Origin: a virus
Taxonomy: Duplodnaviria > Caudoviricetes
Strand: one strand, 5' to 3'
Virus record (IMG/VR): IMGVR_UViG_3300025834_000001
Coordinates: 1 to 50,658 of that record
DNA length: 50,658 nt
The notes beneath the pieces were generated by a model. The model was not told the origin of the DNA. It saw only the letters and a list, made by a program, of their open reading frames with translations, and ran no database searches. Below, piece by piece: positions 9,229-16,389 of the stretch; the stretch's first letter is position 1, and each line of letters starts with the position of its first letter. The position numbers and the translations under genes are program-made.

Positions 9229-9459
9229 ATGCTTAAATATCACAATGATGGAAAAGAAAAATACCAATCACACGAAGTTTACGAAAGCGATTTTCAAGAT
9301 ATTGAAACAGGGTATGGCGAAACAAAAGAACAAGCGTACTTGAATTTCCAACACAATGTAGGGGTTTATATAGAAACGTTAAGATTATATAAAGAAATGA
9401 ACCTAGCAATTGAAAATTTAGTTCCTGTTGATTGCTCTGGAATTATGTTAAAGAAATAG
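9229..9459 (+). CDS. Hypothetical protein
   Basis: AGAGGA RBS; GYGETKEQA motif. Confidence 0.7.
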   Translation: MLKYHNDGKEKYQSHEVYESDFQDIETGYGETKEQAYLNFQHNVGVYIETLRLYKEMNLAIENLVPVDCSGIMLKK

Positions 9460-9486
9460 TTTCTACTATGTAAGAAAGGGAAAGTT

Positions 9487-9696
9487 ATGGATAGAATGTC
9501 AGAAGTAATCCTTCGTGGAGTTGAGCAGATGAATAAAGAGTGGTCTAATTTGGGGTTAGAAATTACTATAAATGACCAAGCAATCCCATTAATTGATATG
9601 CCTAAACACCTTAAAGATAGGGATGAAATTGGAATAAGATTTGAAGATAAAGTGTGCAGACAAGCACTTTTAACTTTCACAAAAATGCGAACATAG
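9487..9696 (+). CDS. Hypothetical protein
   Basis: ORF with a purine-rich RBS. Confidence 0.6.
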   Translation: MDRMSEVILRGVEQMNKEWSNLGLEITINDQAIPLIDMPKHLKDRDEIGIRFEDKVCRQALLTFTKMRT

Positions 9697-9796
9697 TGAT
9701 TAATAGTTATACATTTAATTGGTTAAAAATAATACAACACTTGATTAGAAAAAAGTAGTAAAATGGGTAGTGTATCAAGGAAAGAGGTATGTAGAT

Positions 9797-10231
9797 ATGA
9801 ATTATAAACATATAGCAGTTCCACGACTAATTGTTCTTATACTACTACTGCTATTTATTTTAACGCCAGGACAACCCGAGCCCTCAAAGAGTACGCCGGC
9901 CCAGGTTATTCATAGAACATACCCCTTGACTGATGAAAGATGGACTGAGGTTACAGCTACGGGTTATTGTAAATGCATTGTTTGCTGTGAAAAAATCAGT
10001 GAAAATGCCGTTACTTATTCTGGACAGATCGCCCGAAGTTCCAGAACCATAGCTGCTAACCTCAGTTTTTATCCCATTGGCACTCGTCTTTACATAAAGG
10101 ATTTAGGTATCCGAGTAGTTGAAGACACAGGAGGGGCACTGCACAATAAGGATATTGACATCTATTTCAACACACACAATGAAGCACTGCAATTTGGCAG
10201 ACAAACTATTTTAATTAAGGAGATATTATGA
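9797..10231 (+). CDS. 3D-domain (peptidoglycan lytic transglycosylase-like) protein with an N-terminal membrane anchor
   Basis: VTATGYC, TIAAN...YPIGT, VEDTGGAL and DIDIYF form the 3D domain signature; hydrophobic N-terminus. Confidence 0.85.
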   Translation: MNYKHIAVPRLIVLILLLLFILTPGQPEPSKSTPAQVIHRTYPLTDERWTEVTATGYCKCIVCCEKISENAVTYSGQIARSSRTIAANLSFYPIGTRLYIKDLGIRVVEDTGGALHNKDIDIYFNTHNEALQFGRQTILIKEIL

Positions 10232-10650
10232 GTAAAGTAAAAGAAGCAATTGAAGCTACCAAAAATGATCTACCAACTCTTAAAATGATGGTAAAATTAG
10301 CTCACGCAATTGAGATACTCTTATCATTGACAGACGACTTCAAGGAATTCTTTCCAAACAAAATGAAACCAAACTGCAAAGACTGTGACGACTGTAAAGA
10401 ATGTGGAGAACACACCGCTGCAGAACTTGACGAGCTAATGGGAGAACTTGATAAACTTGTAAGTGCAGACATATCTAAACAAAAGAGCGTTATGTTAGCC
10501 TTCGATCCAAAAAGAAAAGTAGCTACAATTGACGCAAAAGAATCCGATTTTGATCCGAAATTCCTAACGTATTTACTGGAAAGCATAGGGCTTCCAAAGA
10601 ATACAAAAGTTGAATTTAAAGTAGCAAAGGAGAAAAGCAATGAAAACTAA
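10228..10650 (+). CDS. Hypothetical protein with a CxxCxxCxxC cluster
   Basis: AAGGAG RBS; CKDCDDCKEC. Confidence 0.7.
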   Translation: MSKVKEAIEATKNDLPTLKMMVKLAHAIEILLSLTDDFKEFFPNKMKPNCKDCDDCKECGEHTAAELDELMGELDKLVSADISKQKSVMLAFDPKRKVATIDAKESDFDPKFLTYLLESIGLPKNTKVEFKVAKEKSNEN

Positions 10651-11032
10651 AATCATGGGCAACATCGCCATCATCAGCTCAAGTCTAACCCAGACAGAAA
10701 TCAAGGGCCTTGAAAGACATAATCCAGACGCTTTATGTCTAAAGGACGAAAAGGGTAGCACTAAATATAGAATCACTTCTACATCTGGTGCAGCATCAAT
10801 CACAAGAAACGGAGTCTCCTTCAATGAAATAGATGAAACTACTGGACAGGTTTACATCACTGTAGCACTCCCAGTTGGAACTGAAAACAAAGCTGTTTAC
10901 ATTGCTGAAAACTTTGGCAAAGCATTGACAGATTTGAGAACAGTAGAAGCAGCTGCATCAGAAGCATTCGCTGAAGTAACAGCCAACATCGAAGCAGTAG
11001 CTGACGCTATTGACGTAATCGAAGCAGTTTAG
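10640..11032 (+). CDS. Hypothetical protein upstream of the Ubl gene
   Basis: AAGGAG RBS; Ala/Glu-rich helical C-terminus. Confidence 0.75.
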   Translation: MKTKIMGNIAIISSSLTQTEIKGLERHNPDALCLKDEKGSTKYRITSTSGAASITRNGVSFNEIDETTGQVYITVALPVGTENKAVYIAENFGKALTDLRTVEAAASEAFAEVTANIEAVADAIDVIEAV

Positions 11033-11066
11033 TTAACACCAATTTGAAACATAGGAGGAAATTCTA

Positions 11067-11300
11067 ATGATCAGAGTAACTATTGGAACAAACACGGACA
11101 GGACAAATGTAGTCCTTGACCCTAACACAACCCTTAAAAAAGCACTTGAAGATGCAAATGTCGATATCGGCGTGTCTTCAATAACACTTGATGGTGCAAC
11201 CTTAAAACCAGGTGACATCAACAAGACATTCGCAGAAATGGGAGTAACTGAAAACTGCTTCCTAATTGTCTGTGCAAAAGTGGAAAATGCAGTAGCATAA
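11067..11300 (+). CDS. Ubiquitin-like (beta-grasp) small protein
   Basis: 77 aa with a Ub-like pattern (IRVTI, NVVLDPNTTLKKALE, ITLDGATL, KTFAEMGV, FLIV) and an AGGAGG RBS. Lies directly upstream of the E2-like, JAB and ThiF genes. Confidence 0.7.
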   Translation: MIRVTIGTNTDRTNVVLDPNTTLKKALEDANVDIGVSSITLDGATLKPGDINKTFAEMGVTENCFLIVCAKVENAVA

Positions 11301-11316
11301 TCCAAACCTCTTTCTT

Positions 11317-11346
11317 AAAGGCAGGCTTTAGCAACCTGTCTTTTTT
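11317..11346 (+). terminator. Rho-independent terminator after the Ubl gene
   Basis: AAAGGCAGG/CCTGTCTTT stem followed by a T-tract. Confidence 0.75.
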
Positions 11347-11348
11347 AT

Positions 11349-11408
11349 GGCCCGGGTCTCGGCGACTATTCAGCCCTACTGATATCTGGTTCGATACCAG
11401 ACTGGGTC
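11349..11408 (+). ncRNA. 60-nt tRNA-like element (non-canonical)
   Basis: 7-bp acceptor-like stem GGCCCGG/CTGGGTC, a canonical T-arm TCTGG-TTCGATA-CCAGA, and two short inner hairpins (GTC/GAC, TCAG/CTGA). Too short for a standard tRNA; no CCA. Confidence 0.5.
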
Positions 11409-11441
11409 TTTTAAATTAAATAAATTGAAAGGAGCTATATA

Positions 11442-13073
11442 ATGATAAACCTAACTCAATATTCCAAAGACTACATTGACGACTTAATTTCCAAAGACGT
11501 AAAGAAAGTTGTGAGTAATAATGTATACTCCAGTTTAAGTTGGTCTCATAATGGTGTATCTTCTTTTGCATATGACTATCCTATAAAACTGGTAAACACA
11601 ACAATAGATGAACTATTTCGTGAGATTAAAGAGCCGGTTAGCTTAAGACTTGACAAACTAAACCTCACACAAGAAGACGTAGACCTTTTAAAACATAACC
11701 CAACAAACCCTGGGAGCTGGCCTTATCCATTAAGAGAAACCATACGTCGTGTAAACGAATATAGATTTAATACTCCAGCAGCAGACAGAAAATTTCCTCA
11801 TATTACAATAGCACATATTACAAAAGGATATTCTGGGATCAACTCGATTGGACAAGAATCTTCCAACAATGCAATACCTTTTAAAAGATTAGAATCAGCT
11901 ACGACACTACTGAAACAAAATGGAAAGCACAGACACGCAATGCTTGAAGTTGGCCCATCACAATACCTGTACATCACTAATCAATGGGGCTCAACATTAA
12001 TGTTTGCCATGTATTCTTGTATGCTCTTACTATTCAAACATATGTTATCAGAGGAAACAGCCGCAAAAGCAGAAGAACTAGCTCTTGATATATTCACAGA
12101 CAGGATAAGTACAGAAGCACTGGTTCATAAACTCGCTTCTATAATCGTAGACCCTAAAATACAACAAGAGCAGTTTAGAAAAAGCATCCAAGGTATCGAA
12201 TACAAATTACGAGTTAAAGAAAAACAACAATATGAAAAAGAATTAACTGACGTTACAGTTTCTCTACGAGACTTAGAAATAGAAATAACAGACTTGTGGA
12301 CAAAACATTCTTTCCTTAATCGACAAATAGATTATCGTAATGCATCTCCAGACGCTGAAGATGAAAGCAACGCACTATCTGAATTTATTATGAGAACTCA
12401 AGAAATAGTAGGCCAAGCATATAACCCAGAAACTCAAGTGCTTCAACTCGCTATTGTAAACGAATTGGAATATTATGAACGAGACGCATTCATAAGCTCT
12501 ATCAGAAATAAAGATTCAAGATGGTGGGAAACAAACGACTTTAGTATGTCTTCACTTTTAACTTTAATTATTTGTTTCTTAACTGAAAAGTATTCTTTAA
12601 TAACTAAAAGCATGATAACCCTAAACTTTGCGAGAAAAGAAGTAAATAGAGATTCCTCAACAGCAGCTCTAGCTGAATTAAGAGAATACATGGGAATGTC
12701 ACATCCGCATATTATGGGTATTAGTTGCTTTGGTTCAAACAGAAGTCAGATTATAGCAGGAATGGGGAAAGGAAACTACATAGGGTCTGTTGCCCAAACT
12801 ATAGCTGCCTGTAAAAACATGAATATGACTGACAGAATGGCTATAGGAAAACTGCTAGAGTACACAAACATTGCAATCGTTCAAGGTAAGCCATTTATCA
12901 AGAATAACAGAACTGGAGAAATATTAGATTATGCACACTTCTATGAGGAAAATAGAGATAACATTCAGCTTATGTTTAACTCAGAAGCAACTGCAAAAAG
13001 AACAATGACTCAATCAAAAGAAGATGTAGAAACTATCGCTGATATATTTGATAAGGAGGAAGATAATGAGTGA
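11442..13073 (+). CDS. Large protein with a coiled coil and a putative C-terminal E2/UBC-like domain
   Basis: SHPHIMGISCFG resembles the HPx(I/V)...C catalytic motif of prokaryotic E2 families. It lies between the Ubl and JAB/E1 genes. Confidence 0.5.
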   Translation: MINLTQYSKDYIDDLISKDVKKVVSNNVYSSLSWSHNGVSSFAYDYPIKLVNTTIDELFREIKEPVSLRLDKLNLTQEDVDLLKHNPTNPGSWPYPLRETIRRVNEYRFNTPAADRKFPHITIAHITKGYSGINSIGQESSNNAIPFKRLESATTLLKQNGKHRHAMLEVGPSQYLYITNQWGSTLMFAMYSCMLLLFKHMLSEETAAKAEELALDIFTDRISTEALVHKLASIIVDPKIQQEQFRKSIQGIEYKLRVKEKQQYEKELTDVTVSLRDLEIEITDLWTKHSFLNRQIDYRNASPDAEDESNALSEFIMRTQEIVGQAYNPETQVLQLAIVNELEYYERDAFISSIRNKDSRWWETNDFSMSSLLTLIICFLTEKYSLITKSMITLNFARKEVNRDSSTAALAELREYMGMSHPHIMGISCFGSNRSQIIAGMGKGNYIGSVAQTIAACKNMNMTDRMAIGKLLEYTNIAIVQGKPFIKNNRTGEILDYAHFYEENRDNIQLMFNSEATAKRTMTQSKEDVETIADIFDKEEDNE

Positions 13074-13770
13074 CAGAGTAATTGACTTAGTCAAAGCCAA
13101 CTGGGATGTATTACTAGAAAAACATGGCAAGTCACTATACGCTATGAGAATTGAAGACATTTATTCTTTAGTAGCACCAAAACCAATGATACTATACACA
13201 CCACTAGCTGAAATGAAAATACACGCTTTGGTTAAAGAAAGCACAATTGAAATAAGCTGGCATGGTTTAGTTGAAAAAATCAACGATATGACCTACCTTA
13301 TCACAGATATCCTAATGTACCCACAAACTTGTACAGCAGCAACAGTAACCACTGACGATGAAAAATACACCAATTGGTTACATAGCCAACCAGATGAAAT
13401 CTTTAACAAGATAAGATACCAAGGACACAGTCATGTTAGAATGGGAGTTATGCCATCCGGAGTTGATCTGAATTACTACAGAGATATGATTAAGAATCTG
13501 AAAAAAGATGACTTTTATCTCTTTGAAATCAGAAACAAAACAAACGAAATGAACATAAGACTGTACCAAAATAATGATATACCAGAATGGTTTGTCAATC
13601 GAGAACTACAGACAACAATAGCAATTAATGGAACTCCTAGTGATGTATATGCTCAAAGAATCATGAGTGAATTCATACAAAAAAAGGAGTATCCAAAACC
13701 CCCCTTGGAAGACAAACTAAACAAAGCACCTAAAACTATTAAAGGTAAGAAAGGGGACATCAAACTATGA
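13066..13770 (+). CDS. JAB/MPN+ (JAMM) metallopeptidase
   Basis: N-terminal Glu (IEISW) plus GHSHVRMGVMPSGVD, matching HxH-x7-S-x2-D. The AGGAGG RBS favours ATG 13066. Confidence 0.88.
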   Translation: MSDRVIDLVKANWDVLLEKHGKSLYAMRIEDIYSLVAPKPMILYTPLAEMKIHALVKESTIEISWHGLVEKINDMTYLITDILMYPQTCTAATVTTDDEKYTNWLHSQPDEIFNKIRYQGHSHVRMGVMPSGVDLNYYRDMIKNLKKDDFYLFEIRNKTNEMNIRLYQNNDIPEWFVNRELQTTIAINGTPSDVYAQRIMSEFIQKKEYPKPPLEDKLNKAPKTIKGKKGDIKL

Positions 13771-14432
13771 ACTTAAACAAACATAGGGAATTCTTTGATC
13801 CCGTGCAAACAGAATTGGCTATTCATATCATAGGTGTAGGAGCAGTAGGTTCAACCATAGCCGAGCAATTGGTAAGACTCGGACTGGCTTCCTTACACAT
13901 CTATGATATGGATATTGTAACAGAGCACAACCTAACCAACCAAATGTATTACCATCACCAAAAAGGAGTGCTGAAAACAACAGCTTTACGAGAAACATTA
14001 GAACGAATAAACCCAGAGGTATATGTTGTAAAACACGAAAAAGGGTACATCAAACAACCCTTAGGAGGAATTGTTTTCTTATGTGTAGACAGCATCGACC
14101 TTAGACGTAAGATAGTGGAAAACAACCAATATAACCCTAACATTTCCGCAATGTTTGATTGTAGAATGGAATTAACTGGAGCTCAACATTACGCTGCAGA
14201 CTGGAAAGACCCATACTCCATCCAAGTTTTTTTAGACTCTATGCAATTTTCCAGTGCAGAAGCCAAAGCTCAAACACCGGTCAGTGCATGTGGAACATCC
14301 TTAAGTATTAACCCAACAGTTAGAACTTTGAGTAGCTATTGCATAAGCAACTATATTAACTTCATAAACACAGGAAAACTGAAGAAGTTTATAATATTCG
14401 ATGCTTTCAGCTACGACACTTACGCAATTTAA
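13767..14432 (+). CDS. ThiF/E1-like adenylating enzyme
   Basis: IIGVGAVGS nucleotide-binding loop, DMDIVTEHNLTNQ, LCVDSIDLR and a candidate catalytic Cys in SACGTS. Confidence 0.92.
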   Translation: MNLNKHREFFDPVQTELAIHIIGVGAVGSTIAEQLVRLGLASLHIYDMDIVTEHNLTNQMYYHHQKGVLKTTALRETLERINPEVYVVKHEKGYIKQPLGGIVFLCVDSIDLRRKIVENNQYNPNISAMFDCRMELTGAQHYAADWKDPYSIQVFLDSMQFSSAEAKAQTPVSACGTSLSINPTVRTLSSYCISNYINFINTGKLKKFIIFDAFSYDTYAI

Positions 14433-14443
14433 AATGTACTAAA

Positions 14444-14839
14444 TGATACAACGCAATTTAAGTTTCAATCCTAAGCAATGGATTCAACTTAGCTTTATGT
14501 GTTCCACTAAAGTATCAAATGCTTCGGAGGGGAAACACCCGCAGATGACGCCCCAGTAGGAGGCCGCATCCTGTGGGTCACCTGGAGATGGATATGTTAT
14601 AGCGTAATTCCGGTTAAGATTCAATAGTTTTTACAAATTATTAACCCAAAAGGGCTACGAACTATAACATTTCAACACAATTCCCCTAAGAGCATCAGAC
14701 ATTCAACAGTCTGCAGAGCCAACAGCTCTCAATTTCATCAGAACTACCAGCAAAAGTTAACTTACTTCTGGCACCCTGAGCTAAGTTGATCACCGTGCAG
14801 CACTGCATACTCCCGTATACCACAGTTTAGGTTGTATCA
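14444..14839 (+). ncRNA. Retron-like ncRNA unit 1 (msr/msd-like, upstream of the RT)
   Basis: Terminal inverted repeat TGATACAAC (14444-52)/GTTGTATCA (14831-39) with G14453 and G14830 just inside. Conserved hairpin CTTTA-T-GTG-TTC-CAC-TAAAG at 14493-14512. Many internal stems. Confidence 0.75.
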
Positions 14840-14863
14840 AACCAAAAGAAAGGAAGTACACAA

Positions 14864-16021
14864 ATGTTTTATTTAACTTACAAAAGAACCATAACACAAC
14901 GACCTACACCAGCACCATCAATAGAGTATTTAATAAAAAACTTCCATAACGTAAATCAAACCCCAGTTTACCCACTAGATCCTATCCCATCATTTGCAAC
15001 AGCAACAAAAATAATAGACCATATAAGCAATACAATGATAGATACTTACGCACCTTATATTGCTCAGCAAAAACTGATTGCACTATGGAACGAAAGTAAG
15101 TACCTACTGGATGAAGATATGTCCAAACATTATTACTCTTTCTTAATCCCAAAGAAAACAGGTGGTCAAAGAAAAATCATGGCCCCCAACGACGAGCTGA
15201 AACATTACTTAAGACGCTTTGTAGATATTATACAAGACGATTTTCACATCTTATTTCATGACGCAGCTTATGCTTATACTAAAGGTCGGTCAACAACTGA
15301 CGCAGTTAAAAAACACCAAAACAATGAAAGCCAATGGTTCTTAAAGATAGACCTTAAAGATTTCTTTCCGAGCTGTTCATACAATAAAGTTAACACAGCA
15401 CTACAAAGTATATTCCCATTATGTTGCCTTTATGATAAAGTAGAAACCAAGGAAGCTCTTGAAGGAATGTTAAGATTATGCTTTGTAAATGATGAACTTC
15501 CACAAGGTACCCCAGCAAGTCCGTTACTAACGAACCTGTTAATGTTACCTCTGGACTACACCATCAAAAATAGATTCAAAGACTTCAACAAAAGCTACTT
15601 TGTATATACCAGATACGCAGATGATATCTTAATATCTTGTAAATACAATTTCAATTGGAGAGACGTTGTAAAAGAATTAGATCATGTTCTAAAGACAATG
15701 GGCTTAACCATTAACACAGAAAAAACAAGATACGGTAACCGAAACGGAAGAAACTGGAATCTCGGATTAATGCTTAACAAAGACAACCAAATTACAGTTG
15801 GGCATAAACGAAAGAAAGAAATCCGAGCAATGATTCACAACTTCCTAGAAGATTACCACAAAGGTGAACCGTGGTCGAAGCAGGATACACAAATATTCCT
15901 TGGACAACTCAGCTACGCTACACAAGTGGAACCAGATTATTTCAACCATGTTATTAAATTAGCAGGCCATGGACGAAAATATGACCTCAGAACAGCTTCA
16001 TTGCAAATTCTGAAAAGCTAA
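14864..16021 (+). CDS. Retron-type reverse transcriptase (stand-alone, 385 aa)
   Basis: IPKKTGGQRKIMAP, HDAAYAY..GRS..DAVKKH (region X-like), KIDLKDFFPS, LPQGTPASP, YTRYADD and INTEKT. No maturase or endonuclease extension. Confidence 0.9.
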   Translation: MFYLTYKRTITQRPTPAPSIEYLIKNFHNVNQTPVYPLDPIPSFATATKIIDHISNTMIDTYAPYIAQQKLIALWNESKYLLDEDMSKHYYSFLIPKKTGGQRKIMAPNDELKHYLRRFVDIIQDDFHILFHDAAYAYTKGRSTTDAVKKHQNNESQWFLKIDLKDFFPSCSYNKVNTALQSIFPLCCLYDKVETKEALEGMLRLCFVNDELPQGTPASPLLTNLLMLPLDYTIKNRFKDFNKSYFVYTRYADDILISCKYNFNWRDVVKELDHVLKTMGLTINTEKTRYGNRNGRNWNLGLMLNKDNQITVGHKRKKEIRAMIHNFLEDYHKGEPWSKQDTQIFLGQLSYATQVEPDYFNHVIKLAGHGRKYDLRTASLQILKS

Positions 16022-16026
16022 TTAAA

Positions 16027-16383
16027 ATCTTACAATAGCAATTACTAATTAAAAGGTTAGCCCCCTAATTAGACTTTAAGTGCTACACTAAAGAAAGAAA
16101 AATACTAATAGTACAAAATTCCAGGATCTTCAGACCGTCTCGGTTAAACTTCGCCGTACTGCTCCGGGCCTCCAGTGGAAAAGCAAGCTACGGATCCAAC
16201 CCGGCGTAGCACATTTTGTAAAGTTCATTTCGCAAAAGCACTACACTCACTTTACAAAACGTGCACTGCCGGAGTGGATTCCTCAGCTTGACTTTTCCCA
16301 CCTGGGGCCCAGGAGCATACCGGCGAAAGTTAACCCAGACCGCCTGAAGATCCTCGAATTTTAATTTTTAAGTATTGTAAGAT
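16027..16383 (+). ncRNA. Retron-like ncRNA unit 2 with a ~110-bp imperfect stem
   Basis: Inverted repeat ATCTTACAATA (16027-37)/TATTGTAAGAT (16373-83) with G16038 and G16372 inside. Hairpin CTTTA-A-GTG-CTA-CAC-TAAAG at 16074-93. Long stem 16115-16224 pairs with 16249-16362. Confidence 0.8.
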
Positions 16384-16389
16384 ACAAAA

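Noticed and set aside
11349-11408. A canonical tRNA gene with an assignable anticodon
   Set aside because: Only 60 nt, with truncated D and anticodon arms and no conserved U8/A14/GG pattern, so it is reported only as tRNA-like.
14864-16021. RT as part of a diversity-generating retroelement
   Set aside because: I found no template/variable repeat pair differing at adenines and no Avd-like gene. The RT motifs and flanking inverted repeats fit a retron better.
16115-16362. Long inverted repeat as a terminator, MITE or assembly artefact
   Set aside because: It is far longer than a terminator, single copy, and has no target-site duplication. The arms differ by many mismatches and indels, unlike a chimeric fold-back read.
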